Positions 50,169-63,241 of a stretch of DNA of 64,000 bases are shown in pieces (the first letter of the stretch is position 1; every line of letters begins with the position of its first letter). The stretch covers positions 1,488,001 to 1,552,000 of the forward strand of contig NW_027191417.1 of NCBI RefSeq assembly GCF_041146345.1. The letters are read 5' to 3'. The notes beneath the pieces were generated by a model that saw nothing but the letters and a program-made list of their open reading frames with translations, was not told the DNA's origin and ran no database searches. This stretch comes from Neodothiora populina (taxonomy: Eukaryota). A program made the translations under genes and the position numbers.

Positions 50169-51652
50169 ATGAAGAACTTCTCAAGACTCTTGATAGCAGC
50201 CGCAGCTGGACTGCAGGTTGCGCATTCTCTTACGCTTGATGTAGCTTCGCCAGGTATTTAGTCTCCTACGGATGTGGACAGACTCGTAGGCTGACTTGAG
50301 AAGACTCCATCAGAAGAGCTGCTAGCACGATCGCGCATGGCTTGATGAACTATTATAATAACAACAAAACCGACACGGTGGCTTATGAAATCGGTACTTT
50401 CTCACCACCACTGGCAATCTGGTATTGGTGGGAGGCTGGCGCAGCTTGGGGTGGACTCATAGATTACTGGGCCTATACTGGAGACACTACATATGTGGAA
50501 ACTGTCAGCCAAGCCCTGGTTGCCCAGCGCGGCGAGAACAATGACTTCATGCCATCTTTCTACGCTGGCAGTATGGGCAACGATGATCAAGCCTTCTGGG
50601 CCTGCGCGGCCCTCTCGGCGCTTGAGTACGGCTTTCCTGAGCCGCCAAATGGCACTGCCGGCAACCCAACATGGCAGTCTCTCTCCGAGGCCGTGTTCAA
50701 CAACCTCGTGCGACGCTGGAACACCACTCAATGCGCAGGAGGTCTCAAATGGCAGGTGTTTCCCCAAAACCCTGGCTTCGACTACAAGCAGACGATATCG
50801 AACGCTGGTTTCTTCCAGATCAGTGCGCGTCTGGCCCGCTTCACAGGCAACGCGACTTACTATGAGTGGGCGGAGAAAACATGGGACTGGCTAACGACCA
50901 TCGGTCTCACGACCCCGGCCGGTGAAGTCTTCGACGGCTCCGATGATCTGCTGAATTGCACCGAGCTGAACCAAATCGAGTGGACCTACAACAGCGGCAT
51001 GATGCTGTACGGCGCGGCCGCACTCTACAACTACACAAACGGCAGCGCGCTCTGGGCAGACCGCACCACAGCCCTCCTAAACCGCGCCGAGAGCGTCTTC
51101 TTCAACGCCCTCGAGAACTCCACAGGCATCATGATCGAGCAAGCGTGCGAACCCTACTACACATGTAACAACGACCAATGGAGTTTCAAAGCCTACCTCG
51201 CGCGCTGGATGGGCAAAACCGCCATTCTGGCCCCCTTCACCCGCGCCGCCATCATGCCTCTGCTGACCTCGTCCGCCCAAGCTGCTGCGAAAGCGTGCTC
51301 CGGCCCCTCAGACGGCGTCACCTGCGGCGCACGCTGGTACCTCGACGCCTTCGACGGCACGTACGGCATCGGCCAGCAGTTGTCCGCGCTGGAAGTCACG
51401 CAAGCGCTGCTCATCGACGAAGCGCCACCGCTGAAAAAGGGCAGCGAGGTCGTCATCGCCACGTCCGCGACCGCTTCGCCCACAAGTGTCATCACGAGTC
51501 TGGCGTCGGCGTCGGCCACTGTTGTTCAACAGACGCCTTTGCCGCCCGCGAAGACTAATGCTGCTGCTGTTGCTGCGAATCCGACCGAGGGCGCCGCCAG
51601 GGGATTGTGGATTGCTGGCGGGCTGGCTTTGGGCGCCGCTCGTCTGCTTTAA
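50169..51652 (+). CDS. GH76 alpha-1,6-mannanase/transglycosidase (Dfg5/Dcw1 family), GPI-anchor-like tail; intron 50254-50303
   Basis: Signal peptide MKNFSRLLIAAAAG, YWWEAGAAWG, catalytic GNDDQAFW, CAGGLKWQ, WTYNSG and FKAYLARW. Confidence 0.94.
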
Positions 51653-52690
51653 TTCGGTTTATTGACTGAGGGCATCACTGCTTGGGTGCTTTCACACGTG
51701 CATACATAGACATACATCATTTTACACATGCTTGTTGTCCCTGCCATTGTCTTTCCTCCTTCTATATATCCTTCTACATATCCTTCTTCTTCTTAGGTCG
51801 TGCAGACTGCAAACCTTGACCTATAGAAATGAATCCCATCAACAGCTTGGAGATGGGTGTTTGTTTCATTCCAGTAAATTGGCGTTAAAGGGCGGCATGG
51901 TCTTAGGATTTATGACGAATGGTCATCGGGCCACGAAGGAGCTAGGTAGTAAGTAAGTACACGGTGACTGCGAACCGCAGAATTCATCCACTCATGATAT
52001 GATATGATAGATATTAAATCTTTCACATCAGAATCTCCTGTCGTTATTATTCGTGTGAGCTTGCATCCATTTGCTTACGCACATGCCGTCAGACTAGCGG
52101 CGAGAAGAATGAAGCATGACGGATGTTCTGGGAGAGTATGTGGTCTTCATCGATAGCGCAAGATACATGCTGGGAATAGGTTCGAAATTAGGGCGAGCCA
52201 TTTCATTGGCTGCGGGACACATTTTCGATATCGTCTGATCAAGAGTACTGCGGTAAATTTCCCGATGCAAAACTTCCCCAGTTGTCTCCATACCCATGCG
52301 CCAAACCAGACCCAAACTCATGCCAGTGCCGGTCCCATTGACCTCTGCTATGCAAAGAGAAATTCGAAACAAATACAAGAACAGGCAGCTTCCCTGCCCC
52401 TGCCCCTTGTCTACCAGTGTAGCTATATGATATATATGCAGCTATGCCATGAATACAAGATCGCCCATCAGCAAGATGACCCTGCGAAAGAACAAACTCC
52501 ATTTGCCATGCATCTCGAAAACAGTAAAAGTGTCTTGAAGTGCCAAGACAAAGAAACGAAAGAAGATAGATAATTGTACAGATGTGAGTAGATGGACACA
52601 CTCAATGTGAAGCAAGTCCTCGGTGACGAGTCAAGGACTGTGAGGTCGATACTCTGTCGTGACGGGTGCCGTGTCTCCGAGACAAAGAGC

Positions 52691-55471
52691 CTACGATGCT
52701 CTTGCCAGATTAGGACTCAAAGCAGCACCGGGTGTCTTTTCGCGTCTCAGCGTCCTCATATCGGCTTCGAGCCTTCTCCTGGCTTCTTGTTCGACCTACA
52801 GTCTCGTCAGTGAACGGTCTAGGTATAGAACCATCAGATAACTCACCCTCAAAGCCCTCACACCCTCTGCCCGAGCTTCCCTCATCATCTTCTTAAACTC
52901 AGTCCTCATTACCATTGTGCTCGTCATTTCTCTCGCGCCAGGCTCGGGCGTGCCGACTCTGTTGACACCTAGCCACCTCATCTTCTCGTCGCTAAGCTGA
53001 GACTCCAGAGTCTCGACCCTCTCACGCAGGGCATCGACAACGCGCTCGACCTTCTCGCGCTCCTTCTCAACCTCGATTGTCTCGCGGGTGAGCTCTTGGT
53101 AGTCCGAGGTCATGTCCCTGAGCTCCTTTTCGAGTGCGCGTGTGCGTGAGTCGTCTTTGGCAGAAGCGGCGGCTTGCGTCAACGCCGCGGACAGTTCTTC
53201 CTCCATTGTGGCACTACGCATCTGAAGGTCTTGGTGGCGAGCCATAAGGTCCTGCAGCTCATTACCTTGGGCGAGCTTCTCCATACGCAACTGTTCCAGC
53301 TCGGCGACGATGCTCTGGTTGACCTTATTGAGCTGCTCAAGACGGCTGAGCTGAGCCTGGATCTCCGGATTGTTGGCAACGTCCTTGGCCCGGTCGCCAC
53401 GACTGCCGTAGGCTCCATCGAGTTCGGCGCGAGCCATCGTGAGCTCTGTGGAGAGTCGCACAACCTCCGACTCGAGCTCGATCATTTCGGCTTCCTTGTC
53501 GCTAAGAAGGCCTTCGGCCTTTTCTCTGGCAGCATTTGCATCTTCGAGAGAAGACGTCAACTCGGCAAGTCGCTCGCGGTACTCGTGGTCCTTGGCCTGC
53601 ATTTCCGTCTCTGCGATGCGAGCGTCATCTTGGTGGTCGGAAATGGCAGCTTCTAGCTCGGCAATGTGATCCTGTAGCTGCTCGAGGCGAGACCGATGCT
53701 CTTCCAACTCGTGCAGCGCCTCCTGCTCCCTGACCTTGGCGTCCTCGAGCTCGCGGGCACTGGTCTCGTCGGCTTCGGCTTTTCCGGCCAGGTCGCGCTG
53801 TTGCTGGATCTGTCGTCGCAAAGTGTCGTTCTGCCGATCAAGGTGGGTCACGCGCTCAAACAGATGTTGGACCTTGTTACTGAAGGCTGGCAAGGTGAAG
53901 GATTCCTTGACTGGCGGGCCCGAACGGCTCTCACCGTCCTCATCGTCACTATCATCGTGAGCGTGCTGATTGGGATCGTCAGAAGACAGTATATCCCATA
54001 AACCGGTGACGGTGGTTTCATAGTGAGCGGCCTTTCCGCGGTGGCCGTCGTGCTTGACTCGTAGATCCTCCATTTCTTTGGAGAGATAGTCATGAGAATC
54101 GCGAATGTGGTCGGATTGCTGCATAATCTGCTCGACGGTCAAGAGCGTCTCCTCGAGATATGCCATCTGCTCGTGCGCTCCTTGTCCGGTGGCTTCTGGT
54201 GGAGGGTGTAGATCGTACATGTTCTGAGCATCGGCGGCAGCGGAAGTGGAGGTGGAAACTATGTTATAGAGCTGAGAATTGGCCGTCTCGATGCGGCCTT
54301 CGAGAGCGTGCAAATCGTGCTTGATTTTGTTATCCGAAGCCTCGCGGCTCTCCTTCATGTGCTTGTGCTCTTGGAGCAGAGTAATGATGCTGTCCTGCAT
54401 GTGCTCGAGCTGTCTGTCGAGGCGAAGAGAGGCATCCTCGTCTTCGGGATAGGCAGAAGGGATGTCATCGGGCGAGTTCGAGTCTACGCTCCCCGATCTT
54501 CCTCGTTTCGCCTGGGAGATCAACGACCTCAACTGTCCGTTCAGCATCTGCAGTCGCAGGTTCACATCGCTCAGCTGTTTCGTGTTCTGCGTCGCCCTCG
54601 ACCCTGACAGACGTTTCTCCGATTTGTGAAGTCGCAGTCCCTGCATGTCATCGACCCGGTCAAAGATGCTGTCGTCGTAGTCCTTGTCGCTGAATCCCGA
54701 ATCCTGCAGAGACTGGCTCATCTCAGCCTCACGCTCGCCATGAGCGGCCTGTAGCACAGCAGCGGTATGACGCAGCAGTCTGCTCTCGACGTATTGCCTC
54801 CTGTTCTCCAGCCCGATCAGAATCTGCACAAGCTCATCGATCTTCTTGACGCTGGATGACAGCTCGTCTTCTGCCTGGTTGGCTGTCTGGCCGTGATTGT
54901 TGCTGCCATTGCTGTTGTTGCTGTTTGTGCTGCCGCCGCTACCTGTTCTGTCCCTGGCTCCTCCGCCGAACAGACTGGGCCTCCTCTGAACCTTTGGCTG
55001 TCCTTTGCCAGAATACAAGCGATGTAGTGACTGTGCGGCATCGCGCACCTTGTGTTCCATGGCCAGTTTCCTGCGAGCCGATTCTATGCGCGCATCCACC
55101 TTCTGCTTCTCTTTCTTGAGTGAGTCGACCTCATCGATGGGAAGGATGTCGAACTTGGAGCTGTCCAACAGCGCAGTCTCTACGAGGAGATGTTTCGACA
55201 CAACATCACTAGAGCTGAATGAGTCGGTCTTTGGCGTCAACGGTCTCGGACCGGGACTGGAAAAGGTCGGGCTGAAGGCGGAGGGATTCGACATGTTCGA
55301 GGGATTCGAGATGCCGCTGTTGACCGGCGCCATGTTCTTCCAATCGCTGTCGCTGTAGCCGGGAGTGCTGGGGTTGTCAAGGAAGGAGGTCGAGGGGAAC
55401 TCGTGAGGTCCTAATATTCCATTCAGAGGGGCAGGACGATGCACCTGACTCGGCGGTGTGGCCAGCTGCAT
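52691..55471 (-). CDS. Uds1 (up-regulated during septation)-domain coiled-coil protein; intron 52796-52846
   Basis: HLLVETALLDSSKFDILPIDEVDSLKKE, KVRDAAQSL, RLLRHTAAVL, ARAELDGAYGSR and MRTEFKKMMRE. The last exon reads VEQEARRRLE...ARAS*. Confidence 0.88.
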
Positions 55472-58431
55472 CTCCTTCGACCGGGATTCGAGGATCGGGG
55501 GGCCAAAGGACAAAGACGACGGTCAGACGAGAAGAGATGTGCGTGAGATTCCCGTAGGCTGCTGCCGGAAGGAGAGAAAGAAAGTCGGAGGGAAGAGAAG
55601 CTGAGAGAAGGAGAAATGAACGAATTTTCGCCCTTCACGAGCAAGGAAAGCGCGATCGAGCAGGCTCCTTCCTTGTTATCGTTCACCCGATTCGCGGTGT
55701 TGTTTTGGAAGCTTTATGGAGGGGCCTGATATCTGAGGGAAGGTTCCTTACGCTCTGCGCTGCGAGACTCGGAATACACCGCTTTCACTCTGAGATGCAA
55801 TATCGCGACACAGGCAACCAGAAACTCGACAGCTGTATGCAGCCTGTTGTTCGACTACCCAAATGAGTGAATGTATTCTACAAACGAAAGATTTGTCCAA
55901 TTGACCGGAGAGATCTCTTTGATCAGGTCAAATTAGGGGCGCGTCTCGCAGTGCAACAATATCTCATCCCGCTAACCCTAGACCATTGCGATTAACAGCA
56001 CTACGCGGCAGATGCACGCGCTGTTTACCCCCCAAGGACTGCTAGAGGACCCTTGCACCGAGTTAATATCAACACCTTTCCCTGTCCAGCCCTGGACTAC
56101 TCGCCCCCTGTTTGTCTGGAGGCTCGAGCATGTCATAACCCTTCGATTGTATTGCCTTATTCGGTTGACTATATCATCTCATAACAGACCGAAGCATCCC
56201 TCTACAGCCTCTTCTTGTCTTCTGTCCTTCGAGTGACACTGTGGCCGCACAGCCTCATCGTGGCTGGTAGGTAGCTTACAAGTACTGCGTGCCGGAGATT
56301 TCCCTCATTCCAAGGACATGCAGTAGATGCTTGGCAAAATCATCCCCCCCAATTGTACAGTAAGGGATGGCAAGACAGCATGTGCACAATATTTTTAGTC
56401 ACGAGTCGACCAAGGCATTGCTGCTCGTATACGCGAGTGGGACACAACAAAAAACGTTGCTTACTTTCTGGAGTGCCTCTGCCTTTTACTTATACGATCC
56501 GAGGAGTTGCTTCGTGTTCAGGAAATTGGCTGTAGTGCTCAGCCCTACCGATACCCATTAGCTGTTGAACCTTGATACTGAACCTACAGTAGATATCATC
56601 CGTAATTGTTCTCCTGTGGCATCATTTATTTGCGCTGACATTCGACATGCTCGTATTTGTAGATGGCGTTAATCTCGTAGATACCTTACCATAACTGCGA
56701 TGGGGGATCGGTACTCTAACGCGCCCTATCAATTCTTATTGCCAAGTCGACACCCGTTGAGATGTCACCCTGTTCACGGAGCCTGTTCACTACCTAAGGT
56801 AAGGTAGGTATAGATCACTGAGATATCCGTCAGATTAGATTTACCCACACACACATCACATCATAAGACATTTCGACCTGTGCGTCCACTGCAAAAATGC
56901 TCCACAGCAATTCTCTCTGCGCCCCCGACAGCGCAAACGACATGCAACTTGCCGCCCCTCACATGCCATGCGTGCGCGTGACTGAGCAGACGCTTGCTGG
57001 ACAGCTACATCGACTCTTCACCGCTCTTGTTGTGTGAAGAAGCCATGCGTGAACAAAGTGGAGCATATCATGCAGTACAAGTCAGGTCTGCAGCATTCTG
57101 CTCGGTAGCGAGAAGCTCGAAAGAAACCCTATTTTGCAGCGTTTGTCGACAATGCTTCGTTGCTCGTGTCAAGTTCGATCACTGCTCCAGCTACTACTTG
57201 GAGCAGAGCCTTTGATGTCCACGAATTTCCAGAATCACCTACAATTTGAAATACAGCAATAATCCTGATCCACATACCGCACATCAGTATCAAAACTTGT
57301 CATCATTTATTTATATCGGAAACTATGATGATCATCAGCCTGATTTGCATGTCGGTTACTCGCAATCCAAATCCGTCTTCGGCAAAAGATCCTCTATTCT
57401 CAATCTTGGCAGCGACGCCAGCCTACAAGCGCACTGTAACCTGCAGTGGTGTAAGGCAGCCTTCTGTTGACGCTCCTCGTCCAGTCAATTTCAGTATCAG
57501 AACTTGTTGAAGGTGTGTGATGCGCAGCTTCTGATACAATCATACGACTGCCGTCTGCGCTGGGAGAGATGATCGCACTCTCCTTAACTTGCCTTTAGGT
57601 AAGACATATAGCCGTCGTAAACAATGACGTCGCGTCTAATTTGGGGCCGAGCATCATTGTCCGCGAGATGTTTCCTAGTGAGCCCTTCTCATTGGCTCTG
57701 TCATGGTGACTCTTTACGAAGCCTTGTTTCGAGTACGCTTCGTGCAATCTACCATGCCATCCGACTGCCTCCGTCAGCCACTCAGCACTCCATACATACA
57801 ACACATACAGCGTTTGCTGTGACGGCGAATGTGACTGGCGGCCATGTCGACAATACTCTCCAATATTTTGATTGCGACTGCTCAACGAGTTTCAATCCTT
57901 TGCGTGTGCTCACCGCATGGCATATCCTATTCGTCGTTGCAGTCGGTGAGCTGACAAGATGACAATCTTACTTGCCAAAAACAGGTTCTGATATGCACGG
58001 ATATCACACGCTACTGCACCTCTGTCCAACCGCAGAGAAAAAATTGTTCAAATCACCGCAGCACGGCGCTGCCAGCGAACACATTTCGTTATCTGTGCAC
58101 CTGTCTTCGGCCAATCTTGTCCCAGGAATATGGTGTGCACGCATGCCTCCTGCTTCCCCGCTCAGTGAGCGTGGCATGACCTGTCAATCCTGCTGCTTTA
58201 TGAACCGGATCATCCCCCTCGACCTTTGATGCCCAACTCTCCTGCATCTTCCTACCTTACTTACACCCATTCATACCGTGCACCATTCTCGCAAGTCGCT
58301 CATCTCGAACCACTGCAAACCCCACCCCGTTTGCTTTGCAACTGTCTTGCTTGAGCTTTCCCCCTTTGGGATCAACTGTGGCAGGCTTCTATCTGAGCCT
58401 TTTCTATACCACAATACTACATCTTTTCAGG

Positions 58432-61400
58432 ATGACACAGCGCACCCGCGTGGATTCTTCGGACGACAGGTACTTTTGAACCTCATTTGTGATTCTTGTC
58501 CTTTTTCTGCACCTGTACCATCGGATGTGTAACACACCGGGTCCATGTTCTCGCAATGTTTTCTGTTTTGCTTTTATTTTCTTTGCACTGTTGCACCGTT
58601 TTGTTTTCATGCTTGGAGCCAGCCCATCTAGGATGCCATTTGGACCATACCAAGGATATCAATCAGCCGAGGAGTTTTTGCCCATGGATTGTCTCTACCC
58701 AGGAAGGACCTTGCCGAATGGATGGATCTATGAACACTGTTCCCCGCCGGATCAACTTGTAAAGGACGACCTCATCTCCTGATGTGCTTGTAAGTATCTG
58801 AAGGCCTTCTCGACGTAAGCCTCATTCTGGACCTTGGCCTTTGTTTCTTTTGCAGCATGATGTAGACAACGCGCTTTTAGTGCACTGTCATGACGCAATA
58901 TGCAGTTACGTTCACTCTATATGTATGAGTAAATCGCTCTGTGAAATGGTCTGACAAGTTGCTTTTTGCGTCTTCCGCCAGTTTACCTCCGGTTGGAATT
59001 GGACTCTTCCCGATCAACGTCATTGGAGACGCGCACCTGCCGCAATGGACTAGACAAACCCTCCTTTCTGGACACTATCGCCGCATGGAATTGAGCCGCT
59101 GGCACGCATCCAATGCTTGTGCTTTGCTTTCTTATTCACCAGCACCGGTTGTTGTTCATGTTCTGCCTCATGTTTTCCGTGGATTGTACCATTTGTACCG
59201 CCGGCTATACCACATCTGGATGTACCCACGACTCGTCGGACTCTGTCCCAGGATCAGTCAAAGCTGTACGTGCTTCCAAATTGAAGCCAAACATCTGCGA
59301 GTGAATCAAAACTGATGTGAGAAGTGTCTGTCATGGCAGTCGTTCAATGTAGCATGACTTGACCCCTGAGATACTTCCGGATCGAAATTCACTCCGCTAT
59401 CCAAGGATTCTCCGCTCTGCTTTTAGATACTCACAAACCTCGGCACCGCTTGGACTGGCTCATGACTACCGAATGGAATCCTGTGTGGCACCACAAGGAT
59501 TCCTATCCTCTGGCATTCTAATTGGTTTGCATACCACCATGGCTTTTCAACTGTGCAAAGCTAACGTCAGATAGGCTGTGCTCCTGCTCTTTCTTGTTTC
59601 ACATGATATGCTCTCGTCGCTCACGTGTAGGCGACCGTCCAAAACTGACCGACCCCCTCAATAGTCTATTATTCCCCAGTGATACACAAAAGTATCTCTT
59701 TTCTTCACCGTCTGAGATCTGCCACTGGAACTCGTCCGTTGAGGAGTCATATTCATCCCCGGAGTCACTGGAGGATCCGTCGGAGGTGTCAAGTCAATTC
59801 GCAGGATCCGTCTTTGACATAAGCGAGACGTCGAGCAATCATAGCATGGAACACACATATCAGAGCACCAAGAGATCCGACAGGTGGTCGTTGGACGCAG
59901 TAACAAATGCCATGACTGAGCCTTACCAAACCGGTATCTGGTTGGAATCCCAGATTTCAGGAAACGCCCCATTCTCCCCGGAATTGGATGCAGGCCTTCC
60001 CACATCTGAGGCTAGCTTTGACTTCCTAAGGTCGGCCACTTCGCAAGACATGCCTGTAGCAGACGCTTATGCCTCGGCGGGCTGGCCCGCTGAGCTGCCT
60101 GGTCGCTCATATATTGATGAGTCGACGTTCATGGAGCAAGGCAGTTTCTTCCCCATGCCCGAGAGTATTCAGCCCGAGATTCCTCATACCGGATATCAGT
60201 CATGGTACACCCCTTCAGAAGTGAACTTTGAGCAGTACTTCCAGATGGAACCAGCCCAAGGACAGATGCCGGAGATTTCGACTGTAGGCCCTCAGATTGC
60301 GGGCTTTGTAGGTAGTGCACCGCTTGTGCCCAGTACCCAAGGTAGCTCCTACTACCGGACTGCCGGACTGCCCAGCCACAATGTCGAGCAGCTATCGTCT
60401 GCTCAAATGCAAGGACCTCAATACCAAGGACAATCCGGAGCATTTCCCCAACAAGTGCAAGCCCAGGAGATCCAGGAGTCGCGACCCCGTAGATTATCCG
60501 TTGCCGTGAACCCTTCAGGAGCATGGTCTGCAGAAGAAAGCGATCGCGCTGCAAATGCGTACGCAGTAGCATCCGGCCCTGTGTCTGTACATGGCCCCCA
60601 TAGGTCATCCATGGTTTCCAATGCAGGAACCGTCAGCTCCATGCTGTCTTCTTCCACCAATGGCGTTCCGGTCAAACTCGAAGGTCCCTTTGTCCCTAGC
60701 AGCCCGGTCTCTTCGCGTGCCCGAAGTGAGGACAGCGAAGGAAAGCCTCGCTCTCACAAGTACTACACAACAGCAAAGCCACTTGCAGATGGACACTACC
60801 ACTGCCCATATGCTACGAAAGAGAAGTGCTCGCACAAGCCGACAAAGCTCAAGTGCAACTACGAGTAAGTTTTTTGATTGTTGTCAATTACGATGCCTCG
60901 CGATGCTGATATGTGAAACAGCAAGTACATCGACTCCCACCTGAAGCCCTTCGTCTGCAAGCAGCCCGGCTGCAAGGGAGCTGACAACGAGAACCGATTC
61001 TCCTCGACCGCGTGTCTTCTGCGCCACGAGCGCGAAGCTCATGGTCTCCACGGCCACGGCCAGAAGCCATACCTCTGCAAGTACGACAAGTGCGAGCGTT
61101 CCATCCCCGGCAATGGCTTCCCACGGAACTACAACCTCATGGACCACATGAAGCGAGTTCACCGGCACCCGGCGGAGGAGACGCGTCCAGGCACCCCAGG
61201 CTCCAGCTCCAGCAAGCGATCCACCAAGGCGGACAACAACAGCAAAGTCCGCAAGAGGAAGTCCGACAGCAGCAACGGACACAAGAGATCCATCTCGAAC
61301 CGCAGACAGGCGGCGGTGGCCTCGCCGACCTCAACGTTGGCGAGCCAGGAATGGGCCGACCTCAGTGCGTGCAAGGATAAATACCAGCAGCAGCTGCGCC

Positions 61401-61474
61401 GCATGGAGGAGCGTGAGCACAGCAGCCAGGTGGTGCATCACTTTGGTCAGGAAGTCAGCCACGGCTTCCACTGA
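58432..61474 (+). CDS. C2H2 zinc-finger transcription factor; probable exon 1 58432-58469, long intron to 59574 or 59664, intron 60865-60921 (5' end uncertain)
   Basis: YHCPYATKEKC...KYIDSHLKPFVCKQPGC...FSSTACLLRHEREAH...KPYLCKYDKCERSIPGNGFPRNYNLMDHMKRVH. Confidence 0.85.
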
Positions 61475-61729
61475 ATGACTCTTTTGGTTTCTGCTTCGTT
61501 ACATGTGAACAGAGAGTGAGAAAAGAGAAACATGAGCCGTGACCTAGAGAGACAGGACCAAAACTACCCTTACCGCCCGGAACCTATGAGGAGAAACTCT
61601 TAGCCATGGACCCCCCAAAAGGAGGATGGAAACCCCCCACTCCATGCTTCTATCTGAGGAGACTCGCCAGGACGATATAGTGAACAGGACAGATCAGGAA
61701 TAGGACATGACATGACATGGCCAGGAGCC

Positions 61730-61730
61730 G

Positions 61731-61762
<32 letters not shown>
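61730..61762. repeat. Compound (GT)n(GA)n microsatellite in the 3' flank of the C2H2 gene
   Basis: Sequence reads gtgtgtgtgagagagagagagagagagagagag. Confidence 0.9.
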
Positions 61763-63241
61763 GAAAACTTGCAGTCTTATTGATTTTACCCATGAAACAC
61801 TGGGGACAATCATGAGCGTTCCGTCATCTTCTTCGCGCCCCTATGATGCGGAAGTTGAGGGGACAGAGAGGGATATGAAGGCTCGCATTTGTTTCGAGCG
61901 ACCTTGCTGAATAGCAGCGAGGAGCGCATTCGATGCCGTGTCACAGGGCAGTGCGAGGGAGGAAAACAATCCCGGAATGGAGGTTTCGGTTCTGCTAGCA
62001 GACGATGAAACCAAGATGGTATCGAAGGAGCCAACGTGATCTGTCGTCGTCGTTCAGTCTTAATTGGCCGTGGACATTTCGCCTTCTCCGCCTTCAAAGT
62101 CGATGAGATATTAAAGAAAAGGAAATCGAGGAACAGAACAGATAGACAGTGGTTCTACTGAACCATAAGGATACACACAGAAGGAGGAAGCGTAGTTGGA
62201 TTTTTTCACAGATTGGATTTTTGTGTAAGGCGGTCGATTTGCTCTGCTCTGCTTTTCCCGACCCCTTTTATTTGCTATATAACTACAGTACAGTACATAG
62301 ATTGCCAGATTGGGTTTTTTGTCTTTTTGGCATACTGTTCTCTCCTTTATATCTCGTCGGGACTATGTATGGAAGGCAAGCAAGCGAGCGAGCGAGCCAT
62401 CTGTCTTGTGCCTGGCTCGAAGAATATATGGAGTTGTACAAGGATCTCGCGACAGAGCCATGTAAATCACGGTACTGTAGGTATACAGATACAGTGCCTC
62501 GGCGGTTACATGTCTAGTACAACATACAGTAGTACATGCCCAGAAACAGTAAACCTTGCGAAAAGATGTGAGCAAAGTGGTGGGGGGGGGGGCCCCGCAC
62601 CCTAATCGCCAGTCGCAAGCAAGACCCGAACAGAAAGACTGGAGGTGACTTGATGAAGAGAAACAGTTACCTTGCTGAGACCTCACTCCCGTCCCACACG
62701 TACCCGCTAATAAGAAAGAGCTGCTAAGATATTGTACAAGTATCCGTCAGCAAGCTTTGGACACACGGGCTTATCCGCGCGCTGTGCTTCCTCGCTGCGT
62801 ATCGCGCATATCTTTGCAGTTGGAGGGATGGCGTTGCTGAACTGCGCGTGTGTTTTGTGTGGTGTGGTGGTGCAGGTTGGTTGCATGGTCGCTCACTCTT
62901 CTCTTTCCCCCGCCGCCCCGCCCCCCCCCCCCCATTTCACATGCGAAAATGGTCATAGTTGCGAGGTGGGAGGGGCGATGCCGATTCTCGGCCTTGTTCT
63001 TGTATGGCATGGTACCGCATAGTGATGTGACAGGGACTCCTGCCTCGGCTTTTTTTTTTCGTCTCAGTAAATGCCCAAAGTCTAAAATATTGTGTTATTG
63101 TAATTGCCCTGCTTACCTCTGATCACTGGACACGAGAGTGTCTGGCCTGGCCGGGTGTCGATCTATCCGTGTGGTGTAATGTTTTCTGTAGTACTTGTGA
63201 TAATCTTGTGTGCTATACCTACCTCACCTTAGTCTCTGTCC

